Shown here piece after piece: positions 47,551 to 56,445 of a stretch of DNA of 64,000 bases. The stretch spans positions 8,217 to 72,216 of the forward strand of contig CACKBA010000002.1 of assembly GCA_902598295.1 (NCBI GenBank), in the 5' to 3' direction. Positions within the stretch are counted from its first letter, which is position 1; each line of letters opens with the position of its first letter. A program made the position numbers and the translations under genes. The notes under the pieces were generated by a model. It was not told the origin of the DNA, did no database searches, and saw nothing but the letters and a program-made list of their open reading frames with translations. Source of the DNA: an uncultured Bacteroidota bacterium. GTDB taxonomy: Bacteria; Bacteroidota; Bacteroidia; Flavobacteriales; Flavobacteriaceae.

Positions 47551-49040
47551 TAACAGATATAAATCCTTTTTTTGAGCCAAGCACTTTTATTACAATTTCC
47601 ATCATTTCGTCCACTGCACATTTTTACACCATTTTGTTGCATTTTTGGCCTTTTAAAAGTGTTCTTATCATTGCCCAAATCTACAAGTTTCTTTTGTGTT
47701 TTTGTGTAGTATTTTTTTAAATTAGTGATTATGAAGAAACTAACCTGAAAGATTTAGGCGGGGCTGAAGGTGCTGCATTTTAAAATGAAAAAATTCCTAA
47801 AAAATATTACTGGTTTAGAATATGCTGTTTGTATAATTGTACTTTCATTTTTAGTCAATGTTTTAGGTAATAAAAAAAACATCTATGGTGAAATAATAGT
47901 TGTCGAATATCCCACATTGACAGTCATAGGGGCTCTAAGTCTTGCTGTTTTATCATTATATATTACTTATTTCAGATGGTCTCGTTTAAAATTGGGTAAT
48001 GTTTTTTTTGTGTTTTTTTGCATTGCAAATTTAGTTGTAGGGTTTTACGCAGAGGTTTACGGAGATACGAGTTTTGATGATGCAATGAATTATTGGATGG
48101 AAAACCCTGGATCCAGTTATATACCTGTCGCTTTAGCACCTCTAACTCCTTTGGTGAATTTATTTAGTATTATTATGTATTTAATCTTGATTTTTAAAAA
48201 TGTCAAAGAAAATACAAGAGGAAATAAACAAGGGAAAAATAACTTTGACTCAAGTGTCTCTAGCCCTAATATGCCAGATACTGTTTCACCTAAATATGAT
48301 GAAAAATGGCTAAATGAGGAAAAAATAAGGCTTGATAAAGAGCTTAATGAGCCTATATTCAAAGACCTTAAAGCGGTTTTCGCTGACACGGAATTACCCA
48401 ATTCATTAAAAAATGATCTAAAGAATAATACAATTAATAAAAATCTCAAAAATGCACTTTTAAATACTAAAGCTGAAGATTTTCGAGAACTTGAAAAACT
48501 GATATGTAAGTTTTATCCAGATGAAGCAATGATATGGAATGATGAAGTTGAAGATTTTGTAAGTTACAAAGATATAAAGGGCTCCACATTATTTGTTGAC
48601 AATGATATGAATGTTGATGATTCTTTGGGTGCATTAGCTTTCTTGGGTAAAGTAAAGGGTGTAGAAAAAGAAAAGGTGGTATTTGAAATAAATACATTCA
48701 AAATTTTAGATGAAAAAAATCCACCCTTTACAGACATAAATGGTAAATGGTACAATAAATTTGGAAATACAATAATGAGATGTGTCTCTGAAAAGAAATT
48801 TGAAAAGGAACTCAATAGCTTACTTGAATTAAATAATATTCCAAAAAATTCAGCGAAGATTATTATTACAGAAGAAATGGCTGAAATCATTAATAAAAGT
48901 GGAGGAATTCCTGAAAATATGGAACCAATTAAATATTATGAGGGGGAAGGTTTTAATATTGAGTTACCACCAATTGAAAAGGGTAAACCAAAAATTATTG
49001 TTCTAAAAAAGTCAGTTTAGTGAAGATTATTAATTTTCTA
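47551..49040. mobile_element. putative remnant of a tRNA-targeted insertion (one ORF, no integrase)
   Basis: The segment is bracketed by the two 40-bp tRNA 5'-half repeats. The repeat ends at the anticodon loop. Confidence 0.35.
47785..49020 (+). CDS. hypothetical membrane protein (about 4 N-terminal TM helices plus a soluble Lys/Asn/Glu-rich C-domain)
   Basis: Long ORF. ATG at 47785 (MKKFLKN..) preferred over the GTG at 47770. No family recognised. Confidence 0.55.
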   Translation: MKKFLKNITGLEYAVCIIVLSFLVNVLGNKKNIYGEIIVVEYPTLTVIGALSLAVLSLYITYFRWSRLKLGNVFFVFFCIANLVVGFYAEVYGDTSFDDAMNYWMENPGSSYIPVALAPLTPLVNLFSIIMYLILIFKNVKENTRGNKQGKNNFDSSVSSPNMPDTVSPKYDEKWLNEEKIRLDKELNEPIFKDLKAVFADTELPNSLKNDLKNNTINKNLKNALLNTKAEDFRELEKLICKFYPDEAMIWNDEVEDFVSYKDIKGSTLFVDNDMNVDDSLGALAFLGKVKGVEKEKVVFEINTFKILDEKNPPFTDINGKWYNKFGNTIMRCVSEKKFEKELNSLLELNNIPKNSAKIIITEEMAEIINKSGGIPENMEPIKYYEGEGFNIELPPIEKGKPKIIVLKKSV

Positions 49041-49080
49041 ACTGCCAGTCAAGCGCTCTAGCCAGCTGAGCTACATCCCC
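49041..49080. repeat. 40-bp direct repeat, copy 2 (orphan tRNA-Ala 5' half)
   Basis: Identical to 47511-47550. No tRNA 3' half follows it. Confidence 0.95.
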
Positions 49081-49090
49081 ATTGTACAAA

Positions 49091-49774
49091 TCAATTAAAG
49101 AAAGTAATTATTTTTTTTAAGTCTTCCTCCTTTTTCAAATTGATTTTATTCTCTTTTCGAAACTTGGTGTAAGTTTTTTCATCAAACAATTTTAATGCAA
49201 TCATTTTTTTATGATTCTTGGGAACTTTATAATATTTTTTATTGAGATAAATAATATAATCTGACTTATCAATCCATTCGGGATCAGCAGTTTTGCCATA
49301 ACCAGAATTAGCAGTACTAGAAGATGCCTCGATTGGTTTTTTCAAATCTTTATTCATAAACTCATAAAGACTAATGTTTTCAAGTGTTAAACATTCACGG
49401 AGAATTATATAATTATTTTTCTCAATCCAATCCAATTCATGAAAGCTATATGTTTTGTTGCCAATAACTAAGTCAAAAGTATTGTCAATACCAATTTCAA
49501 ATATTTTTCCATCATTATTTTTGGTTTGAATTTTATGAGCATATAAATCCATTCTAAAATCTCCGATAATACTTTTACCTGAATCAAACACAATTTGTCC
49601 AGTAACAAAATTTTCATAAGCAAAAGGGGTTCCTTTTATATTGGTATCATAAAAAGATAACTTTTGAATTAATTGAAAATTTCCTGAGTTGTGGAAAGAA
49701 ATTAAATCTTGAGAAAAACCGCTAATTAGAAAAAAATAAAAAATTAAAATAATTTGACTATTAAAATAATTCAT
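49091..49774 (-). CDS. hypothetical secreted protein
   Basis: 227-aa ORF with a signal peptide. No family recognised. Confidence 0.55.
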   Translation of the reverse strand: MNYFNSQIILIFYFFLISGFSQDLISFHNSGNFQLIQKLSFYDTNIKGTPFAYENFVTGQIVFDSGKSIIGDFRMDLYAHKIQTKNNDGKIFEIGIDNTFDLVIGNKTYSFHELDWIEKNNYIILRECLTLENISLYEFMNKDLKKPIEASSSTANSGYGKTADPEWIDKSDYIIYLNKKYYKVPKNHKKMIALKLFDEKTYTKFRKENKINLKKEEDLKKIITFFN

Positions 49775-49790
49775 GACCTAATAAATATAT

Positions 49791-50750
49791 TTATTTTTTC
49801 CATGACAAAAGCCACTCTATTTTTTCTTTATCGCTGTAAATTCTGTGCCATCCCGTGTGGTCCCAATTTTTAATATCAAAAACTATATTTCTGTTTGTCT
49901 CTGAGAGTTTTTCAAACATTTTTTTTGCTAATGAAAATGATGATGTCCCATCATTTGTACTATGGTGAATAAATGTAGGAATGTGATTAACCTTTTCAGC
50001 TAATTGTAAATAAGAGTATGGTCTATGATGCGGGCTTAGTGGCATAATAGCAGCAAATGTATCTGTAAGTTTTGATGCCACTATGAAAGTTCCTCTACCA
50101 CCCATACTCAACCCAGTTAAGTAGATTCTATTTGAATCAATTTTTATATTTCTTTTTATATCTTCAATTAAATCTTGAATTTTTTTGGGACTCCAGTCAA
50201 TACCTATTTTCGTTGGTGCAGCGATAATGTATTCATCATTCTCCGACATGTAAAAATTATTCATGCTCCATTTTCTTCCACTCAAAGAACGTGTAGATTC
50301 TTGAACGCTTCCATGTAAATAAACTACTAATGGGTATTTTTTATTTTTGTTAAAGTTCTGTGGGACTCTTAAACTAAAGGAATAACCGCACTTCCATCTC
50401 AATTCATCATTAACACAGTCTTTAAAATTATCTTTTGGTGATTTGTGATCTTCATCCCAGTTAGTTGTTAGTGCCCATGGGTCAGAGTTATCATTTGTCC
50501 ACCAATCGGTGTTGTATATATTAGAGATTTTCCAAAGGGGCCAATAAATATCTTCCCCCTCATAAATTATATTTGTAAGGCTATTAATACGAATAACTTC
50601 TCCATTGATTAATTCTGGCCATTTAATATTTGATTGGGTTACTTTAAAGTTTGGGTTGGCAACAATGTCACATGGTGCACATTCATCTTGTGTATAAATA
50701 TGGCTACATATAAATAAAAAAAGGAGTGTATATATGCTAGAAAATTTCAT
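49791..50750 (-). CDS. secreted alpha/beta hydrolase (esterase/peptidase S9-like)
   Basis: Signal peptide, nucleophile elbow GLSMGG, ..VVYLHG.., and a C-terminal His region. Confidence 0.75.
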   Translation of the reverse strand: MKFSSIYTLLFLFICSHIYTQDECAPCDIVANPNFKVTQSNIKWPELINGEVIRINSLTNIIYEGEDIYWPLWKISNIYNTDWWTNDNSDPWALTTNWDEDHKSPKDNFKDCVNDELRWKCGYSFSLRVPQNFNKNKKYPLVVYLHGSVQESTRSLSGRKWSMNNFYMSENDEYIIAAPTKIGIDWSPKKIQDLIEDIKRNIKIDSNRIYLTGLSMGGRGTFIVASKLTDTFAAIMPLSPHHRPYSYLQLAEKVNHIPTFIHHSTNDGTSSFSLAKKMFEKLSETNRNIVFDIKNWDHTGWHRIYSDKEKIEWLLSWKK

Positions 50751-50759
50751 TTTGGATCT

Positions 50760-51539
50760 TTAAAGAGAATTTTTTCTCGCTTCTTCAATCAAGAATTTCG
50801 TTTCTTTTTCAAGATTTGGTATTTGAAGATGAAAGAAAGTATGATAGTTGGGGTGTAAGATTAATAAGTTCATGGAACTAATTGTTTTACCATAATTAGT
50901 TTCGAGAATGTATTTATAAAGATTTAGTTGTAGTGAGTATTTGTTATATCCGTTATCTGCAATGTGAGAAAGTTCGTCAAAACCATAATCAAAATCACTC
51001 TCTATTAAATAACCAGCATCATTAACAATCTTTGTACTTCTTTTCCAGTCAAACAAAAAAAGATCTCCATTATTTTTTTCGTAAACCATATCAATAGACC
51101 CTGCTATAGAAAGTTCCGAATCAAATATTCTCCATTCAGTTTTGTACGGATTTAATGTTGGGTATTTTTTTATAAACTGCTTGAAATAATGAAACTCAGG
51201 CAAATCATGTTCATTATTAATGTCGTTATAGTAATCCTCAATTTTCTCATGCAATAAAGTTCCTTTATCTGCGGCTTCTTTTCTATTAAGTTCCCATTCT
51301 GATAATATTTCTTTTTTAACATTTTTAATATTATCATCAGTTAAGTTCCCACCTTCAATTTGGATCCTTTCTATGGCTTTTTTATTTGACCAATATTCAG
51401 AATCAAATTTTGGAAAAAATTTTTCAATTAAACCCGTGACTGAGATTTTAATTTTCTTTCCATCTACTGAATACTCATGTTTACTTGAATCGAAGTTTAT
51501 ACGTGAGTCATTTGGATGTATATTTTTTAAATTGAGCAA
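50760..51539 (-). CDS. PD-(D/E)XK superfamily nuclease
   Basis: ..H.Y...G....SVTGLI.., GTLLHEKIE, and IAGSIDMVY..LFLFDWKRS (the D..(D/E)xK core), followed by ..YSLQLNLYKYIL... Confidence 0.65.
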   Translation of the reverse strand: MLNLKNIHPNDSRINFDSSKHEYSVDGKKIKISVTGLIEKFFPKFDSEYWSNKKAIERIQIEGGNLTDDNIKNVKKEILSEWELNRKEAADKGTLLHEKIEDYYNDINNEHDLPEFHYFKQFIKKYPTLNPYKTEWRIFDSELSIAGSIDMVYEKNNGDLFLFDWKRSTKIVNDAGYLIESDFDYGFDELSHIADNGYNKYSLQLNLYKYILETNYGKTISSMNLLILHPNYHTFFHLQIPNLEKETKFLIEEARKNSL

Positions 51540-51575
51540 AAGAAATATTTATTCATAAATTTACTCAAAGATTCG

Positions 51576-51818
51576 ATGAAAAAAATTTTACTACCATTTT
51601 TATTTATTTTATTTATTTCTTGCAATGATATAGATGAATGTGGAGATATAACTCAAAAATACGTTCAGGATGGTAAATATTATTTTGTGATAATAGTTGA
51701 AAAAAGTAGTGGAGGTGGTAGTGAAAATCCGGGTGGTGGAATTGGTTATGCTGATGCAGAGGTTAACCTAGAAACCTATAACTCATTTAATGTTGGCGAC
51801 GAATTTTGTAGAAATTAA
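51576..51818 (+). CDS. small lipoprotein (hypothetical)
   Basis: Lipobox ..FISC and a Gly-rich centre. Confidence 0.4.
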   Translation: MKKILLPFLFILFISCNDIDECGDITQKYVQDGKYYFVIIVEKSSGGGSENPGGGIGYADAEVNLETYNSFNVGDEFCRN

Positions 51819-51824
51819 ATTATT

Positions 51825-52472
51825 ATGAAAAAACTAATATTGTTTTTTTTTCTGTGCTATTTCAATATGTATGGCCAGAATACTATTGAAGAAGTCCGAG
51901 TAGTTAAAGATGATAAGCAAATAGATGACCTATTTATCGAAATTGGCTCCAATGAATTAAAGTTGGACATCTTAGATATATTGAGTCAACCTGCATTGCA
52001 AATTACATATGAAAAAATTAACGATCCATACTCATCCTTTGGTGCTGATATTTTTTTAAATTTTAACGATACCAATACATCTAGAAGCTGGTCAGATAAA
52101 TTGGCCTTAACGCCATTTTACAGGTTTTACTTTTTTGATAAAAGAGATTATGGAGGGAGTGGTTTTTTTGCTGAAGTATTTTCAAAGTTTAGTTTTGGTG
52201 AAAGTGAGGTTCAGTATTACTATGGCCTTAACAACCCCAATATTGAACCATACATTGAAGTTGAAGAGGAAGATTTCTTTGATTTAGCTTTGGGAGCAGC
52301 CATAGGTCAAAAGTGGGTCAATAAGAAAGGTTGGACTTTTGAACTTTCTTTGGGCTTTGGACGATATCTGTTTGTAAAAGATCCTGAACAATTATTAGGT
52401 GGACCTCAAATTGATTCTTTTAGACCCACCGGAACTGGAAGAGGTGGGTTTTCAATTGGTAAAAGGTTTTAG
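51825..52472 (+). CDS. putative outer-membrane beta-barrel protein
   Basis: Signal peptide, alternating strands, and C-terminal ..GFSIGKRF (terminal Phe). Confidence 0.5.
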   Translation: MKKLILFFFLCYFNMYGQNTIEEVRVVKDDKQIDDLFIEIGSNELKLDILDILSQPALQITYEKINDPYSSFGADIFLNFNDTNTSRSWSDKLALTPFYRFYFFDKRDYGGSGFFAEVFSKFSFGESEVQYYYGLNNPNIEPYIEVEEEDFFDLALGAAIGQKWVNKKGWTFELSLGFGRYLFVKDPEQLLGGPQIDSFRPTGTGRGGFSIGKRF

Positions 52473-52807
52473 TAAAGTAAATGTTTCTTTGACTTGTCCT
52501 GCCAACCAGCTTGAGATTTGTAGTCAACAAAGAAAATTGTTATATCACTATTAGATTTATAATCAGTAAAGTAAATTTTTTTATCGGCTTGAGATTTATA
52601 ATCTACAAAATACCAAAGACCTTCATTTCTTTTAGCTTGTGATTTGTAGTCCACTTTGTAAACACATAAGTCCGCTTGTGATTTATATTCCACAACATGA
52701 ATTTTTAAATCTGCTTGTGATTTATACTCAACGGAAAAAATTTTTTGTGAATGAATCAAATGAAAGAAAAAGAAAAAAAAGATGCATGTAAGTTTTCTCA
52801 TAATCAC
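52469..52807 (-). CDS. secreted repeat protein with six (V/E/T)(D/E)YKS(Q/N)(A/S)(D/K/G) units
   Basis: The repeats VEYKSQAD, VEYKSQAD, VDYKSQAK, VDYKSQAD, TDYKSNSD and VDYKSQAG are spaced 13-20 aa apart. Confidence 0.6.
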   Translation of the reverse strand: MIMRKLTCIFFFFFFHLIHSQKIFSVEYKSQADLKIHVVEYKSQADLCVYKVDYKSQAKRNEGLWYFVDYKSQADKKIYFTDYKSNSDITIFFVDYKSQAGWQDKSKKHLLY

Positions 52808-52829
52808 TAAATTAGAAAAAAATTAAACC

Positions 52830-53024
52830 ATGAATCATACATATGAATGTTCAAAATGTGGAATGTCTGTAAACGCAACATGTGGTAAATGCGATATTCC
52901 TTTAGTTAATGGATATCTAACAATTGATGATGGAACGGAGGTGCAAATTTCAAGTTGTCCAGAGTGTGAGGGTAAAATAAAATCCCCACTATGTTGTGGT
53001 GAGGACATGACCTGTATGGTCTAA
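52830..53024 (+). CDS. small cysteine-rich (zinc-ribbon-like) protein
   Basis: 64 aa containing CSKC..CGKC..CPEC..CC..C. Confidence 0.5.
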   Translation: MNHTYECSKCGMSVNATCGKCDIPLVNGYLTIDDGTEVQISSCPECEGKIKSPLCCGEDMTCMV

Positions 53025-53941
53025 AGTTTTAAATCAAGCCCCTCTTCCGCTACATTATAACCTTTATCTATGACATATTTATATTGCTCACTTTCTTTAT
53101 TGAGTAATGGGTTTGTATGATTAAGATGAATAAAAAATATTTTATTTCTTTCTTTAAGTCTGATTGAATCAAAAAGTTGCATGCTTTCAACAACGAACGG
53201 ATGCGGGATTTCAGAAAGGTCTCTGTAATTGACTTCACTGGAATCATAAAATGTTGCATCAATCAAAGCATAGTCAACTTGCTTAATTTCATTTACAATA
53301 GACTTTTCCCACAAATACCATTTATCAATATCAGGAATAAAAAGAACTGTCTTATTGGGACCATATATTTTATACCCAACAGTCTCAGAAAATTCAGCCC
53401 TGTGAGGAACCTCAATAGGTTGAATAGAAACTTTAGAATCAATTGCAATATTTGAGTTTTTATTTAATTGTGTTATAGAAATATTTTTCAAAGAGACCAA
53501 TTGACTCCATGGTCCATTTTCCTCAAGAAATTTTTTCATTCTTGGCATTGCATAAACATTAATTGACTTAGAATTTAAGGCTTCTCTTCCAAAATACATC
53601 AAGCCAGTATAGTGTCCAATGTGAGCATGTGTTAAAAAAATACCCTTTAAATCTTTTTTAATTCTAGGACCCATGAAATTAAGTTGTTCATTAATGTCAG
53701 GTGATGCATCAAAAAGATATGACTCATTATTTTCATTATTAATTAACATAACTGATGTCACATATCTTTTTTTTTCATGTTCATTACAACATACCTTATT
53801 AGATCCTAAATGAGGCAGTCCCCCATCTTGAACGACTCCCAGGATTTTTAAACTATAAGTTGATTTACTTTGGCTGATTGCAATTAAAGGGAAAAGAAAA
53901 ACAAATAATATAAAGTAGATTCGATTATTCAACTCAATCAA
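53021..53941 (-). CDS. MBL-fold metallo-hydrolase (PqqB-like)
   Basis: Signal peptide and THAHIGHYTG (HxHxxH variant). Confidence 0.75.
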   Translation of the reverse strand: MIELNNRIYFILFVFLFPLIAISQSKSTYSLKILGVVQDGGLPHLGSNKVCCNEHEKKRYVTSVMLINNENNESYLFDASPDINEQLNFMGPRIKKDLKGIFLTHAHIGHYTGLMYFGREALNSKSINVYAMPRMKKFLEENGPWSQLVSLKNISITQLNKNSNIAIDSKVSIQPIEVPHRAEFSETVGYKIYGPNKTVLFIPDIDKWYLWEKSIVNEIKQVDYALIDATFYDSSEVNYRDLSEIPHPFVVESMQLFDSIRLKERNKIFFIHLNHTNPLLNKESEQYKYVIDKGYNVAEEGLDLKL

Positions 53942-54443
53942 AAATTGCTTTTAACTCCGAAGCTTCCTGGGCTTTCATCTTGCCAGCCAAAACAAGGCTT
54001 AACTGTCTTCTTCTCAATGCAGAATCAAATCTTTTTTTCTCTAAATCAGTTTCTGGTTTTAGTTCTGGCACTCTTACAGGTCTTCCTCTTTTATTAACAG
54101 CAACAAAAGTGTAGATAGCTTCGTTAACTTTTAACTTTTTTCGGTTTTTTTTATTTTGAATCCATACATCAATAAAAACTTCCATTGAAGTAGAAAAAGA
54201 TCTAGATACCTTAGCCTCAATTGTTAAAATACTACCCAGAGGAACAGGTTCTCCAAAAGAGACATTATTGATAGATGCTGTGACCACAATATTTTCCGAA
54301 TGCTTAACAGCAGAAATGCTAGCAGCTCTATCCATTCTAGCTAATAATTCTCCTCCAAATAGATGATTTAAAGCGTTTGTATCACTTGGTAAAACTAAGT
54401 CTGTCATTACAGTTTTGGATTGACTAGGAGTCTTAAAGCTCAT
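53934..54443 (-). CDS. acyl-CoA thioesterase (hotdog fold, YciA-like)
   Basis: ..LVLPSDTNALNHLFGGELLARMD.. motif. Confidence 0.8.
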   Translation of the reverse strand: MSFKTPSQSKTVMTDLVLPSDTNALNHLFGGELLARMDRAASISAVKHSENIVVTASINNVSFGEPVPLGSILTIEAKVSRSFSTSMEVFIDVWIQNKKNRKKLKVNEAIYTFVAVNKRGRPVRVPELKPETDLEKKRFDSALRRRQLSLVLAGKMKAQEASELKAIFD

Positions 54444-54453
54444 TTCTCTTGGA

Positions 54454-55386
54454 TTAGTGATTTGTTTTAGTCAAAATCCAAGCATACCTGTTTTCATTGT
54501 CCCTAATTGATCTTAAGGCAACAACAGCATTTTCTTTAGTGGTAAATGTTCCAAAAGTAACCCTAATCAAACCATCCATATTTTTTGGAAATTTTGTTGA
54601 TTTATATCCTTTTTTTACTAAACGAGAAACAAGCCTATCTGCATTTACAGATGAACTAAATGCACCTGCAATAATGTGGAAGCTTTGAATGGGTTTAGAC
54701 TCAATTGTAACTGTTACAGCTGGTAACTCTCCCAAATTAAAGATAGCTTTTTCAAGTCTATCAATTGAATTTGCCCTCTCAACCTTATTTTTTTCAAATT
54801 CATTTTTAAAAACTGTTTCTTGGTAATTCAAATTAATAAAGTATGTGCTAACCAAAATGACAATAAAAATTGCTGCGCTTTTAAGAGGAGCTGGTAGGTT
54901 TTCTGTTTTTTTCTTTCCATTAAGGGATTTATATTTTTCTAAAGTTTTTTGGTTATATGTTAATACCCTGTTTTCCAAAGGCTGAACGTTAATTGGTCTT
55001 AATCCATAAGTTTGCTTTGAAAAATTGGAGTTTTTATCAGCAGTGAAAACAATATTCTCAGAATCATTTACAATGAATTCTCCAATACCTTGAATATATA
55101 GAACCTCGTGATTCAATGTTGATTTCCATTTCAAAACTTTAGACTTAATCTTTTTGAGAGCATCGTCATAGGAAATATTTTTCTTAATTGATATATAATT
55201 AGCAAGTAATCCATCATTAGATTTTATTAGTGGGTTAAACGAAACGTATCTCCCAGGTGGATAAAACTTATTTTCTGAATCTACATACTTCGCGGTTGAA
55301 TCATTAACTATGAAACTCCCAAAGTTTGGAATTGTAACACAATCATGCTTGTAAAGTAAATTAGCTATTGCTTTTGAAAATTGCAC
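54454..55386 (-). CDS. SPOR domain protein with HU/CCDC81-like N-terminal repeats
   Basis: C-terminal ..FHIIAGAFSS..NADRLV..L..KGY.. is SPOR-like, and there is a central TM segment. Confidence 0.7.
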   Translation of the reverse strand: MQFSKAIANLLYKHDCVTIPNFGSFIVNDSTAKYVDSENKFYPPGRYVSFNPLIKSNDGLLANYISIKKNISYDDALKKIKSKVLKWKSTLNHEVLYIQGIGEFIVNDSENIVFTADKNSNFSKQTYGLRPINVQPLENRVLTYNQKTLEKYKSLNGKKKTENLPAPLKSAAIFIVILVSTYFINLNYQETVFKNEFEKNKVERANSIDRLEKAIFNLGELPAVTVTIESKPIQSFHIIAGAFSSSVNADRLVSRLVKKGYKSTKFPKNMDGLIRVTFGTFTTKENAVVALRSIRDNENRYAWILTKTNH

Positions 55387-55422
55387 ATCTAAATTTAAAG
55401 TTTTTTTTGAACAAATAAGTAC

Positions 55423-56388
55423 TTAAATTCCAAGTTTTGATTTAACTCTTTTAATAACTTCATCTGCAACTTTTTTTGCTTTGATTGAACCTTCTTTTAG
55501 TATTTCGTCAATTTCATTTTTGTTTTCCATCAAGTAATTATAAGTTTCTCTTTGTTTGGAATAGGTTTCTAAAATTAATTCAAATAATTCGTTTTTAGCT
55601 TCCCCGTACCCAAAGCCTCCATTTTCATAGTTTTCTTTCATTTGTTTTACTTCTTTTTCCTTTGCAATTAAACTATATAAAGCAAAGACATTGCACTTAT
55701 TTGGGTTTTTAGGGGATTCAATTGGCAAACTATCAGTTTTAATTGACATTATTTGTTTTTTTAACTGATTATCTGGAAGAAAAATGTTTATGATATTATT
55801 TTTTGATTTGCTCATTTTTTGACCATCAGTACCAATAATTAATTTGGTGCTATCGTCAACTATTGCCTGGGGCATAATCAATGTTTCACCATGTAGATTA
55901 TTAAATTTAGATGCTACATCTCGAGTTATTTCTAAGTGCTGTATTTGGTCTTTTCCTACAGGAACATAATCTGCATCGTAAAGTAAAATATCTGCGGCCA
56001 TCAGCATTGGGTAAGTAAATAAAGCTGCATTAACATTTTTTAAATCATTTGATTTGTCCTTGAAGGAATGAGCAAGTGTTAGTCTCTGATAGGGAAAATA
56101 AGATGATAAAATCCATGCTAATTCTGTTGTTATTGGTATATCCGATTGTTTATAAAAAATTGTTTTTTTTGGGTCTAATCCAAATGATAACCAAGTGGCT
56201 GCAGTTGAATAAGTGTTTTGCTTCAATTCCGTTCCATCCTTTATTTGTGTAAGAGAATGAAGGTCAGCTATAAATAAAAATGAATCATTGTGCTTTTTTG
56301 ATAATTCAATCGCTGGAATAATCGCTCCTAAAATATTTCCAAGATGAGGTGTGCCTGTGCTTTGAATACCTGTTAAGACTCTTGCCAT
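55423..56388 (-). CDS. trpS: tryptophan--tRNA ligase
   Basis: HIGH-type TPHLGN and KMSKS motifs. Confidence 0.95.
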   Translation of the reverse strand: MARVLTGIQSTGTPHLGNILGAIIPAIELSKKHNDSFLFIADLHSLTQIKDGTELKQNTYSTAATWLSFGLDPKKTIFYKQSDIPITTELAWILSSYFPYQRLTLAHSFKDKSNDLKNVNAALFTYPMLMAADILLYDADYVPVGKDQIQHLEITRDVASKFNNLHGETLIMPQAIVDDSTKLIIGTDGQKMSKSKNNIINIFLPDNQLKKQIMSIKTDSLPIESPKNPNKCNVFALYSLIAKEKEVKQMKENYENGGFGYGEAKNELFELILETYSKQRETYNYLMENKNEIDEILKEGSIKAKKVADEVIKRVKSKLGI

Positions 56389-56445
56389 TCATGACAAAAG
56401 TAATAGTTTTTAAGAACATTAATTACAAATACCTACATTTGAAAG

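Noticed and set aside
47549-47700. Small minus-strand ORF (..KRPKMQQNGVKMCSGRNDGNCNKSAWLKKRIYIC) ending with a TAG that overlaps the tRNA 5' end
   Set aside because: It is short, with no recognisable family. It would run into the tRNA gene, so it is more likely tRNA promoter/leader DNA.
48117-48890. Three overlapping minus-strand ORFs inside ORF 47785-49020
   Set aside because: They overlap one another in different frames and are antisense to a 400-aa ORF. The plus-strand ORF itself is only moderately supported, though, so this region deserves expression data.
56434-56441. tacatttg (TAnnTTTG) as the promoter -7 box for plsC
   Set aside because: It ends only 4 nt before the proposed GTG start, which is geometrically implausible unless the start is mis-set. 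It is not reported as a feature.
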